A stretch of 64,000 bases of DNA, from contig CAXXDQ010000004.1 in the NCBI GenBank assembly GCA_963664325.2, positions 448,001 to 512,000 of the forward strand, in the 5' to 3' direction. Shown here one piece after another: positions 20,500 to 29,790 of the stretch (the stretch's first letter is position 1; every line of letters begins with the position of its first letter). The stretch comes from Desulfomonilia bacterium. Lineage in GTDB: Bacteria; Desulfobacterota; Desulfomonilia; UBA1062. A model generated the notes under the pieces. It was not told where the DNA came from, ran no database searches, and saw only the letters and a list, made by a program, of their open reading frames with translations. The translations under genes and the position numbers were made by a program.

Positions 20500-21036
20500 A
20501 TGAGCGTTCTGGATAAAACCGAGAAAAACAGGCTGAGGGATTTCCTGGGCAGGGGCTGGCTTACCCATGACGGCATGTGGTTTTACAATGCATACGCGGA
20601 GCTGGGTGTTGAAGCGGCCAATAAATTAAACCTTGCCGCGATACGCTCGCTTGCGCCTGTTGAACTTATGGGTGTCAGAAGGCTTCTGGGGCTGGATGAA
20701 AAGGAGATTCGTTCCTTTGAAGAGCTCGCAGGATTTATCAATGATTGCCTTGAACTGATCCTGCCCGCATCGCTTTTCAGGAAGATCTCTTTTAAAGCCT
20801 CTGCCGGCAATATTCTCAAGTGGGAATGGGAGCAGGGCGAATGCTTTGCGTATAAGGGCATGCTTCAGATCGGCCTGCTTGAAGAATACAGGTGCGGTGT
20901 GATGTTCAGAATCGAGTGCTGGCTCAGGGCGCTCAATATAAAATATGAAATCAGCCCTGTGATCGATAAATGCATCATGCATGAAAAGGGCATGTGCAAG
21001 GGTGAAATCAAAATAAGCGAGGGATGCATGGCCTGA
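20500..21036 (+). CDS. hypothetical protein (DUF6125/V4R-like)
   Basis: W.THDGMWF N-terminus and three spaced Cys (ECF, RCG, MCK). Confidence 0.65.
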   Translation: MSVLDKTEKNRLRDFLGRGWLTHDGMWFYNAYAELGVEAANKLNLAAIRSLAPVELMGVRRLLGLDEKEIRSFEELAGFINDCLELILPASLFRKISFKASAGNILKWEWEQGECFAYKGMLQIGLLEEYRCGVMFRIECWLRALNIKYEISPVIDKCIMHEKGMCKGEIKISEGCMA

Positions 21037-21134
21037 TTTTCCGGCTGGCGGCTGATATTTGAAGGGGAAAACAAACGGGACCGGCCCTGCTTTTTATTTG
21101 CCGGGCGCGGTCCCGTTTCCTGGCTTGTCAAGGA

Positions 21135-23012
21135 TTACTGATTCGCTTTAAACCAATTTACGAAATCCATGAGGTTTATCTTCACCCACGGGTCCGTCAT
21201 ATATCCGTACAGGCCCATCATCACCTTGTCGTCGTTGTCCATCACCGCATGGTGTCCGTCGACGGGGGTATTGACAGGCTTGCTGTAGTCTTCGCCCTGG
21301 TAGAACCAGGGGTAATCCCTCTGCGTGTTAAGAAAATCTATTATCCATCCCGCCGATCCGGTCGAGGGCGTATCCCCGTCGCCAAAGAAATTTATCTTGC
21401 CTTTGTACGTATCGATATACGTTTCCATATTCTCATACCGCCAGACCGACTGGGGGAACTGGCCGCTTAAGAAATATCCGAGATATGTCAGCCAGTCATA
21501 ATGCAGCATGGTAAGTCTGGGGATCGTGAAATGGTTCGTGGCTGCAAGGACTTCGGGATCATTTTCATGCTGAACCGGGAAATGGATGCCTTTTTTGTAA
21601 TATGTGTTGTAGGCTTCAAGATTTTTAACATCCAGTCTTTGTTCGTTGATAAAATTCTCCGGGTACGTCCACTTCATGCTTCTCACCATGACCCCGTTGT
21701 TTATATAGCCGTTCACGAGCTGGTCATCGTCAAGTTTTTCAATCCATGGAGCCATCAGAAGCTGCGTCAGGGGAAGCAGGGTTTCAGGACCTTTTATATC
21801 CCTCTGGTTTGTAATTACTTCAAGTTCCACCGCATTTCCCCACCTGCTGTCATAGTCGTCGTCGGCCACGAAGAATATCCACGACATGCCCCTTGACAGG
21901 TTGTATCTTACCTCGTTTACCGCCTCGTCAAGGGTTGAGCAGTTCTGAACGACGTCCCTTACAACCAGCATGCTCCCTACCCCCGGGGTCAAGCCGCCCA
22001 CCCCGACCAGACAGACATCCTGTCCCATGGAGAGGCCTTCCGTATTCATGCCGAGGGACTGGCCTACAAAGCCCGGAACCGTAACCGTGGCAAAGGGATG
22101 GCCCCTGTCGGGAATATAGACGGCCATGCAGGCGGAATCCTGATAAATGTCGGTAGTGCCGAACATGAAATCCCGGCCGTGATATGTCTTTCCGTCAACA
22201 GTCGCGGCTCCTGTTACGGCAAACTCGTTGCAGCCCCATTGCGGAAACTTTATGGGCCCCAGATTTTCAAGGTAGGTTGCAAGGTCCGGATTGTTGGTGC
22301 CGATGGTGACCAGGATTTCGGTTATATATTTTTTCAGCTTGTTGACGAGGTCGCGGTTTTCATCGGTTACGGGGACATGTCCTGAAACGGCTGCGAGCAG
22401 AAAATATACGGCGTCAACAGCCTGGTTCAGGATAAGAACCTTATTGTAATCAACGTCGGGATGGCCTGCGGCGCTCATTCCGTCGGCGAAACCGTGCATT
22501 TCTTCCCTCAGGTATTCCGGGATATCTGGTTCCGCAACATTGGCCATATCGGTGCATGCGGCATAGAGAATTTCGTAAACCTTGTTGGAGACCGCATTTT
22601 CTTCAGAAAGGTCGATCCCGAGGAGGCTGAGCTGGCCCAGTGCCGTCCGTCTCATGAATGTCGAGCACATGGCATACGCCTGTTCGGGCATCAGCGTTGC
22701 CGCCTGATAGCCGATGTTGTAAGGTTTGCCCGTCAGGATCATGCATTTCTTCGACGTCGGTCCCCTGTGGTCTCCGGCGAGACCGGTCCCCTCGGTATAT
22801 TTGCCCGTGAACTCGCATAGCCAGGCCGGATCACCGTTTACATCGATCTTGTTGAGGACCTTTAATCCCTGGGATGTGAAAAAATCCGTTGCCTGAGAGG
22901 AACCTTCATTGGTTGCCGAGGTTTCTGTGTTGTTTGAGTCGTTTGAGTTGCTGCAGCCCCAGATGCTTATCAAAAAAACAATTGAAACAAGTAAAATAAA
23001 ACTCTTCCTCAT
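21135..23012 (-). CDS. lipoprotein, C45 family Ntn-hydrolase (autoproteolytic acyltransferase/peptidase)
   Basis: Lipobox IWGC; GCNEFAV nucleophile, HGRDF, GMN.EGL, ATNHF; start at ATG 23012 after GAGGAGG. Confidence 0.8.
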   Translation of the reverse strand: MRKSFILLVSIVFLISIWGCSNSNDSNNTETSATNEGSSQATDFFTSQGLKVLNKIDVNGDPAWLCEFTGKYTEGTGLAGDHRGPTSKKCMILTGKPYNIGYQAATLMPEQAYAMCSTFMRRTALGQLSLLGIDLSEENAVSNKVYEILYAACTDMANVAEPDIPEYLREEMHGFADGMSAAGHPDVDYNKVLILNQAVDAVYFLLAAVSGHVPVTDENRDLVNKLKKYITEILVTIGTNNPDLATYLENLGPIKFPQWGCNEFAVTGAATVDGKTYHGRDFMFGTTDIYQDSACMAVYIPDRGHPFATVTVPGFVGQSLGMNTEGLSMGQDVCLVGVGGLTPGVGSMLVVRDVVQNCSTLDEAVNEVRYNLSRGMSWIFFVADDDYDSRWGNAVELEVITNQRDIKGPETLLPLTQLLMAPWIEKLDDDQLVNGYINNGVMVRSMKWTYPENFINEQRLDVKNLEAYNTYYKKGIHFPVQHENDPEVLAATNHFTIPRLTMLHYDWLTYLGYFLSGQFPQSVWRYENMETYIDTYKGKINFFGDGDTPSTGSAGWIIDFLNTQRDYPWFYQGEDYSKPVNTPVDGHHAVMDNDDKVMMGLYGYMTDPWVKINLMDFVNWFKANQ

Positions 23013-23204
23013 GTCGACCCTCCTCATATTTATTGATGCAGATAATATTATACCACATTATGTAGAAAATAGAGAGATAATATGTAAATAATATATCTAC
23101 TATTGATATCGGTATTGCTTCAGTCCGGCATGTTCGCCCGCCAGCCTGTACGGGTTCTGTCCGCAGGCACAGATCCTTGCCAGCCTGGTTCTTTGGATGA
23201 CCGT

Positions 23205-23714
23205 CTACTCATTATTCGGGTTCAAAGAGGCATACCTCGATAAAACATAAACGCTGTCGGGCGTGCAGGGCTTTTCTTCGGCAAGCGTTAGCGCCTCGCC
23301 GATTGAAAGGAAACGGCCTGAAACGACCTCTTCCTCCTGAAGCGCAAACGGTCCGTCGGTAACACATTTGAAAACCCTTCCCCAGACCCGCTGTCCTTCG
23401 TACTCGCCGTAGAAATCGAACAGGAAATCAAGCGGTACGCCCGTAACGCCTATCTCTTCGGCCAGCTCCCTTTCGGCTGATTCTTCATAGGTTTCTCCTG
23501 CAAGGACAACCCCGCCCGTGCAGATATCGTAAAAGCCGGGGAAGATATCCTTTGTAAGAGTTCTTTCCTGAATAAATATCTCGCCCTTTGAGCTGAAAAC
23601 AAGGATGTAAGCAGCCCTGTGAATCAGGCCTTTTCGCCTCATCACAGACCTCTTGCACGAACCTGCGGGGTTGTTGTCTTCATCGGCAATCATGACAATT
23701 TCATCGGCGCTCAT
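23205..23714 (-). CDS. NUDIX hydrolase (YfcD/IDI-like)
   Basis: HRAAYI, GGVVLAGETYEESAERELAEEIG Nudix box. Confidence 0.92.
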   Translation of the reverse strand: MSADEIVMIADEDNNPAGSCKRSVMRRKGLIHRAAYILVFSSKGEIFIQERTLTKDIFPGFYDICTGGVVLAGETYEESAERELAEEIGVTGVPLDFLFDFYGEYEGQRVWGRVFKCVTDGPFALQEEEVVSGRFLSIGEALTLAEEKPCTPDSVYVLSRYASLNPNNE

Positions 23715-23851
23715 AAAAGAATCTCCATACGGCATTTAAATAATCATAATATTTGGGCACATCCCGGTTAAACATGATATTTGAGAGGAGATCAAAGCCT
23801 CCGGCCGGCACCGTGAGGCGGATCTCCTCCTTGCACAGGATTCAGGAACGG

Positions 23852-25144
23852 CTAAAATGCTCCGTGCCGGACCTTGTTCGCGATTTTTTCAATTGTGTTG
23901 ACGATTATGAGCGGAACGTCACGCGAGTCAAGCATCGGAGACGGCATGCCGTAAAGGAACGGCAGCACTCCTGTGAGCTTTACTGCTCCGATCGGGCAAC
24001 CCTTGACTTTCTTTATTTTGCTGGCGTTCCTGATTGTACCCTTGACCTCGGTGCAGTCGCCGATAAGCAGGCAGACACCGCCGCCCGCATCCACGTCGCC
24101 TTCATATATGCCGGTCACCATTGCACCCGGTTTTGCATTCTTGAGCGAACCGGGTCTGCGGGCGTCTATCGTACCCAGGCTGCCCTTTATGGCAGCCACG
24201 CACCCGCCGTAGCAGATCTCGTTGGTGTTCGGGCCGATGCCCTCGTAGAATTTCAGGCGCGTATCCAGTATCTGCATGTCCTGGAACTGGCTCACGATGC
24301 CTTCCGTGCGCTTCCTCAGCTCCGGGATCGTTATGTCGCCGAGGATCTTGACAGAATCCGGTTCGATCGAACCGTATCCGCGTTCGGATGCTATGCGCAG
24401 GTGATGGACCTGCTCCGGTTTGTAGCCCAGTATCTGGGCTGCAACAACGTCGGATGCAATCGGGTTGTTGCTGATCATGATCAGACCGAGGTGGGACGGC
24501 TTGGCGCAGGATTCGAAGCCGTGGCCTATGGTTACGGCATCAGTGACTATAATGTCCGGATAGCCCATCTCCAGTATGTCCACGATCTTTTCATTCAGGC
24601 GGTCATCATGATAGAGCATGCGCTCTTTGTGCAGCAGGCTGCCTATGTTCAATTTGAGGGCGTTGGTGATCTCGCAGCAGATGTGGTACTTGAGCTTGGG
24701 CATCCAAATCTTGAAGTCGGCCTCATGCATGAGCCTGGGGCACAGGATGGTCTTGTGAAACTTGGCCCGGGACATGTTTACCTTGACGTACTTGTCTTCG
24801 TTGAAGTCGATTACAGGCACATTGTACCGCTGGCCCATTGCATAGTATTCGGATTCCTTAAAGCTCATGCGCGTCGGCATGGCAAAGCCTCCGGACTCTC
24901 CGACATTAAGGTCGGTGATGCCGGGAAACTCCCGCACACGGTTGACCACCGTGCCCACCAGGTCGGGGTTGGTGAAGGCATGCATCGAGTATTTCTTGTT
25001 GGCGAATACGACATTCGGCTTGATCAGCACCTTGCCCTTGGGTTTTCGGCCGAGCAGCTCAAAGCCTTCCTTGACGACCTCCGCCATCTTGACCGTGTCG
25101 TATGTTTCCACCCTGCGTAATAAAACCCAGCGATCTTCTGCCAT
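23852..25144 (-). CDS. DUF362 domain protein (Fe-S-associated)
   Basis: KVLIKPN, TNP, VGESG, PKLKYH, ALKLNIG; C-terminal CYGGC and GCP. Confidence 0.85.
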   Translation of the reverse strand: MAEDRWVLLRRVETYDTVKMAEVVKEGFELLGRKPKGKVLIKPNVVFANKKYSMHAFTNPDLVGTVVNRVREFPGITDLNVGESGGFAMPTRMSFKESEYYAMGQRYNVPVIDFNEDKYVKVNMSRAKFHKTILCPRLMHEADFKIWMPKLKYHICCEITNALKLNIGSLLHKERMLYHDDRLNEKIVDILEMGYPDIIVTDAVTIGHGFESCAKPSHLGLIMISNNPIASDVVAAQILGYKPEQVHHLRIASERGYGSIEPDSVKILGDITIPELRKRTEGIVSQFQDMQILDTRLKFYEGIGPNTNEICYGGCVAAIKGSLGTIDARRPGSLKNAKPGAMVTGIYEGDVDAGGGVCLLIGDCTEVKGTIRNASKIKKVKGCPIGAVKLTGVLPFLYGMPSPMLDSRDVPLIIVNTIEKIANKVRHGAF

Positions 25145-25209
25145 ACATGCCTCCTTTTGTTCTGTCCCTTAGCCCGGTCTGTCGCCCGGGCAAGGTCTTG
25201 ATCAAAATG

Positions 25210-26040
25210 TTATTTTTTCATCCTTCTTTGCGTCATCCGGATTACCATATCCGATGTCACTCTCGTGAGCAGCCCGTTGGTCAGGCGGTGCAGGAGCCAT
25301 AGAAAACGGGTCGAAGCCCCCGGTATGAACAGATACTGTTTGCGGGCAATAGCCGCCACAATGACCCGGGCCGCATCTTCCGGGGTCATCAGCGTGCTCA
25401 GGCTTTTTACGGCCCGGCCTTCCGGCGGCAGGGTCTTTGCCTCATCGATATTCATGGGGGTGTCGACCTCGGGCGGACACACCACCGTCACGGCCATTCC
25501 CATCGGTTTGAGCTCGTAGCGCAGGCTGTCGGACAGTCCCAGGAGCGCGGCCTTGGAGGTCCCGTAGGCCGTATAGCCGAACATCCCGAAGAGTCCGGCC
25601 GCCGATGAGAGGATTACGATATGGCCTTTCTTTGCTTTCATGGCGGGCAGCAGAGTGTGGATCACGTTGCGGGGCCCGTAGAGGTTGATCTTGATGACCT
25701 CATCGAACATTTCATGGGTGATGTTTTCGAAACGGTCGGCATACTTGTTGATGCCTGCGCTGTTGACGAGGATGTCCGGGGCGCCGAAGTCCGCAAGGGC
25801 GGTCTTCATTTTAGCCTCGACATCCTGAAGGTCGGCCACATCCACGGACAGGGTTTCGATGCGCTGCGCGGGACGGCGGCGAAAAGGTTCCATGGCCAGC
25901 CGGGCAGTCTGAAGCTTTTCTATATTACGTGCTATCAAAAGCAAATCGGCCCCGTCTGCAGCCAGTATCTTGCCCATTTCGAGCCCGATCCCGCTCGAAC
26001 CGCCTGTTATATAGATCATCTTGCCGTCAAAGCTCTTCAT
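25210..26040 (-). CDS. short-chain dehydrogenase/reductase (3-ketosphinganine reductase-like)
   Basis: ITGGSSGIG, NSAG, SS.AG, YGTSK, CPP..DTP. Confidence 0.93.
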   Translation of the reverse strand: MKSFDGKMIYITGGSSGIGLEMGKILAADGADLLLIARNIEKLQTARLAMEPFRRRPAQRIETLSVDVADLQDVEAKMKTALADFGAPDILVNSAGINKYADRFENITHEMFDEVIKINLYGPRNVIHTLLPAMKAKKGHIVILSSAAGLFGMFGYTAYGTSKAALLGLSDSLRYELKPMGMAVTVVCPPEVDTPMNIDEAKTLPPEGRAVKSLSTLMTPEDAARVIVAAIARKQYLFIPGASTRFLWLLHRLTNGLLTRVTSDMVIRMTQRRMKK

Positions 26041-26055
26041 AATCGGTGCCCCTTT

Positions 26056-26625
26056 TTATTCCGTTATGGGCCTGGTATCGCCTGTTATACGGCCGAGACT
26101 GACAAGCCATTCCGGCATGCCGAGATTCAAGCCGAAGGCCTTGGTTTCGATCAGCTCCAGTATCAGGCCCGCCTTGTTCATTGTGTCGAGATAGGCGACC
26201 TTGGTTTTGCCGCCTCCTGCGTATTTCAGGGTTCCTTGCTGGAGAGGTGCAAAACCGCGGTCCTTCATGAGCCCCTTTGTTTTCTCCAGGTCGTTTACCA
26301 CCACTCCGAAGTGATGGAACCCGAACCCCGCTTCTCCGGGATGCGCATTGTAGATGTTGTCATCATTACCGTGCACCTGTATGAGCTCGATCTGGGTCTT
26401 GCCTGAATACCCTACCGCTATATCCAGGAGAATATCAACAGGCCGGTTGCGGTAATAATAATGGCACTCGGTGATCACCGTACGATACCACCTGGGGATG
26501 CCCAGGAATTCCCGGTAGAACCGGACCCCTTCTAAAAGGTCAGGCACCACCATGCCGATCTGGGTCACTGGAGGGATGTCCAGACCTTCAAGGTTTGCCG
26601 CCAGTTTGTTCCATGGTTTCAGCAT
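26056..26625 (-). CDS. VOC/glyoxalase family protein (methylmalonyl-CoA epimerase-like)
   Basis: QIGMVVPDL, QIELIQ, GFHHFG, YLDT...LELIE. Confidence 0.85.
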   Translation of the reverse strand: MLKPWNKLAANLEGLDIPPVTQIGMVVPDLLEGVRFYREFLGIPRWYRTVITECHYYYRNRPVDILLDIAVGYSGKTQIELIQVHGNDDNIYNAHPGEAGFGFHHFGVVVNDLEKTKGLMKDRGFAPLQQGTLKYAGGGKTKVAYLDTMNKAGLILELIETKAFGLNLGMPEWLVSLGRITGDTRPITE

Positions 26626-26722
26626 GCGATACCTCTGTATGCCGGTGTTTCAACTTTGTCTTATTATAAGAGTAACACCGTTGACTTTAAAAATCAAGCC
26701 GGTCATCCGGCTCCTGCAAGCC

Positions 26723-27352
26723 TCATGAATACCTCTTCAGCAACTCTTCGAGAATCCAGTCAATGGCCTTGTCGATATCCCGCACCTCGAGCGTTACCCT
26801 GCTTATATACAGGGACACCATCCCGTGCAGGGTGCTCCAGATTTGCAGCAGATGCAAAGGCGTCTCTTCAGGGGAGATGTCCCGGATCTTGGCGGCCACT
26901 TCATTAAGGATCGACATCCCGATCTCTGAGATCTCGAGTGCGACCCTGTTCTGCCTTTCGGCGACAGCCTCCATGGCTGTGCCGCGATAGTCGCTGTATT
27001 TGGGCGTGTCCATGCTGAACATGATATTGTAATAGTGCCTGTTGGCGATTCCCCATCTTACATAGGCGCGCACTGCGGCGCGCAGCTTTTTCAGTGGATC
27101 GCCGGACGAGAGGTATGCCTTGCGAAATTCTTCCGCCATCTCTGTAAAGCCCTTGATCAGCACCATCAGATAGAGCTCATCCTTGTTGGAATAGTAGTTG
27201 TAAATCGTTTTGGCCGTGAACCCGAGGCGCCGTGCCAGTTTGCGCATGCTCAGGCCGGCATAGCCCTCCTCGTTGATGATGGACAGGGCTTCCGTGAGGA
27301 TTCGCTCGCGCACGGCTTCGATCACTTCAGGGGTGGCCGGGGTCTTGGACAT
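26723..27352 (-). CDS. TetR/AcrR family transcriptional regulator
   Basis: LSMRKLARRLG..AKTIYNYYSNKDEL HTH; start moved to ATG 27352 after GGAGAGG. Confidence 0.92.
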   Translation of the reverse strand: MSKTPATPEVIEAVRERILTEALSIINEEGYAGLSMRKLARRLGFTAKTIYNYYSNKDELYLMVLIKGFTEMAEEFRKAYLSSGDPLKKLRAAVRAYVRWGIANRHYYNIMFSMDTPKYSDYRGTAMEAVAERQNRVALEISEIGMSILNEVAAKIRDISPEETPLHLLQIWSTLHGMVSLYISRVTLEVRDIDKAIDWILEELLKRYS

Positions 27353-27557
27353 TTGCCCTCTCCGGACGGCCGATGGCTGTTCAAACCGTCCGATATTTTT
27401 CCGATGGTATGTTAACAGTAAAACCTTTGTCAATGTTCCTCTCCGGACTTTGTCGCCGGACGGGATCGACTGAGACCAAATATTTGCGATGTCTCGGGGA
27501 AAATATCTTGACTCCCAGACTTTCGTTCGTAAACAATTTGTTATGAAACAGGATGTA

Positions 27558-28031
27558 ATGAAAACCAGAACCGCCGGGAACCGCGGGATAAAGATCCGAG
27601 AAATGACCATTGACGATGTGGCCGATGTTTTTCATCTCGGTGAGAAGCTTTTTACGTTCAGCATATTTCCGAACCTGTTCAGAACCTGGGATGAGTATGA
27701 GGTGATAGATTTCTTTTCATCGGAGACTGAATTCTGCCTGGTGGCCACCCGCAAGGAAAAGATCGTCGGGTTCCTGCTCTCGACGATTATTGAAAAAAGA
27801 TCGTCGCGCAAATACGGCTATCTGGTCTGGTTCGGCGTTGATGAGACGGTGCGCAGAAAAGGCGTGGCATCAAAACTCTTCGATAAGATGAAGCGCATCA
27901 TGGAAAAGAGCGGCGTGAAGATGATTATAATCGACACCCAGGCGGACAATGCAGAGGCCCTTGAATTTTTCAGGGGGAAGGGCTTTTCCTCACCGCAGGA
28001 CCATGTTTATCTTTCATTAAATATTGATTGA
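27558..28031 (+). CDS. GNAT family N-acetyltransferase
   Basis: IREM..DD, GVD...RRKGVA acetyl-CoA motif, N..ALEFF...GF. Confidence 0.9.
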   Translation: MKTRTAGNRGIKIREMTIDDVADVFHLGEKLFTFSIFPNLFRTWDEYEVIDFFSSETEFCLVATRKEKIVGFLLSTIIEKRSSRKYGYLVWFGVDETVRRKGVASKLFDKMKRIMEKSGVKMIIIDTQADNAEALEFFRGKGFSSPQDHVYLSLNID

Positions 28032-28053
28032 ATAAAGCCAAGCTCAACTGCGA

Positions 28054-28650
28054 TTAACCGTTCATCCCCTTGAATATGAGGCTGAAGAACTGATCTGAGA
28101 TATGTTCTATACTGGGCAGCTTCTTTCTCTTATGGTTAAGGACAAAGTAATAATAAACAACCCGCAAATGGGCGCCGATTAGCATGTTGGCTATAAGTTC
28201 GATATCCAGGTCTTTCCTTACAAAACCTGCATCCACGCCTTTTTTCAGATCATCGACAACATATTGAACCATCTTCCGTTCAAAGGTATCGACAAAGGTG
28301 CTGTGCAGCTCGTTCACGCTGGGGCCGATCTTGAGGTAGAGGTTGCAGAGATCTTCATGCTCCTTGAAGAATTTGAGGCTGCGGGCAACGAGGGCCTTAT
28401 AGTAGCCCAGGATATCCTCCCGCGCGAGTTCAGATAAAGGGACCTGAGCGGCCTGTTCCCATTCATCGAGAAATTTGACAAGGATTGAAATGAAGAGCTC
28501 CTCCTTGTTCTTGAAATAAAGGTAGAAGGTGCCTTTGCCTATCCCGGCTTCTTTCAGGATGGTTTCCACATGGGTATTATAATAGCCGTTTTTTGCGAAC
28601 AGTTTCGTGGCGTATGTAATGATCTGGTTTTTCCGTAATTCAGCCTTCAT
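28054..28650 (-). CDS. TetR/AcrR family transcriptional regulator
   Basis: LFAKNGY, AGIGKGTFYLYFKNKEELF. Confidence 0.93.
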   Translation of the reverse strand: MKAELRKNQIITYATKLFAKNGYYNTHVETILKEAGIGKGTFYLYFKNKEELFISILVKFLDEWEQAAQVPLSELAREDILGYYKALVARSLKFFKEHEDLCNLYLKIGPSVNELHSTFVDTFERKMVQYVVDDLKKGVDAGFVRKDLDIELIANMLIGAHLRVVYYYFVLNHKRKKLPSIEHISDQFFSLIFKGMNG

Positions 28651-28739
28651 CGCTTATCCCGCCTTTTGCATTTCCTTGCCCAATGTAAGCCATGATTTGC
28701 TTGACTTCAACTTTTATCAGCGTATAGAAATATTATAAC

Positions 28740-28759
28740 AGACCTGACGCGTCAGGTCT
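28740..28759. promoter_or_regulatory. probable TetR operator (perfect 20-bp palindrome)
   Basis: AGACCTGACGCGTCAGGTCT just downstream of a TTGACT-N16-TATAGA promoter in the divergent tetR / Fe-S gene gap. Confidence 0.7.
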
Positions 28760-28811
28760 AATTAATTTATAATGCTGCTTTGAAAATTTCAAACTGAGAT
28801 GGAGTGTACAG

Positions 28812-29723
28812 ATGAAAGAATCCACCAGAATCATGATGAAAAATCACGGATGGCGGTTTGACAGGTTCATCCACAACTACATCTACTTTGTGTTCTACCG
28901 CCCTTATGTGATATTTCTCCTCTGGCTCTTCCGTATTCTTGCCTGGAGCCTGGCGTGGTTCAAGCCGTTGAACGGTGTTCTGTCCATGGCTTTTGCAAGG
29001 TATCACGCAAAGTTTCTGATCATGAATGACGCCACCAAGATATTCACACTCAACGAAGACGTTGTTGCCACTTCCGAAGAAAACAAGCGCATCGTCCCCT
29101 ATGACTATGCCTACAAGATTATCCTTAAAGATGCCGACTGCGTAGCCGTTATGGATTGCCCGTGCATTGTGGCCAAGAAAGGCCGTGATAACCTTGGCGA
29201 CTGCGGCCCCATAAACAGGTGTTTTGCTGTCGGCAAGGGTCTTGCTACCTTCTGGGTCGATCACTGTCAGAAATATAATGCACACTTTATCTCCCAGGTC
29301 GAGGCAATCGATCTCATAAAAGATTTCAGAAAGCGCGGGCATATCACCCAGTGCTTTTTCAAGGTAGCCACGGGAGGACGCACTGGTGTTTTTTGCAACT
29401 GCTGCCCTGATTGCTGCGTGAGCATGGAAGCGACCAAGCTCGCACAAAAGTTCAACTCCAGCCTCTCAATGGCCGCTCAATCCGGATACTCGATAGAGCA
29501 TGACAGCAAAAAATGCAAAAATTGCGGGACATGCGCCAAAACCTGCCATTTCAGCGCAATCGATTTCAAGGAAGGACACCGCTCGTTCTACAGCAAATGG
29601 AACTGTATGGGATGCGGGCTTTGCACAGAGCATTGTCCTAGTGGCGCTCTGAAGCTCTATGTTGATTGCGACAAGCCGGTCCCGCTGGATATCGACCTGG
29701 TCAGGGAACAGTATGCGGATTAA
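28812..29723 (+). CDS. 4Fe-4S dicluster domain protein
   Basis: CPC, FCNCCPDCC, CKNCGTCAKTC, CMGCGLCTEHCP. Confidence 0.85.
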   Translation: MKESTRIMMKNHGWRFDRFIHNYIYFVFYRPYVIFLLWLFRILAWSLAWFKPLNGVLSMAFARYHAKFLIMNDATKIFTLNEDVVATSEENKRIVPYDYAYKIILKDADCVAVMDCPCIVAKKGRDNLGDCGPINRCFAVGKGLATFWVDHCQKYNAHFISQVEAIDLIKDFRKRGHITQCFFKVATGGRTGVFCNCCPDCCVSMEATKLAQKFNSSLSMAAQSGYSIEHDSKKCKNCGTCAKTCHFSAIDFKEGHRSFYSKWNCMGCGLCTEHCPSGALKLYVDCDKPVPLDIDLVREQYAD

Positions 29724-29790
29724 GAAACCATCCGGCATGGCTGGTTAGGCTGAATAAATAACCGGATTTGGGAAATTGGAGGTCTTATCA

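Noticed and set aside
23753-25120. 455-aa plus-strand ORF
   Set aside because: Antisense shadow of the DUF362 gene; no motifs or RBS
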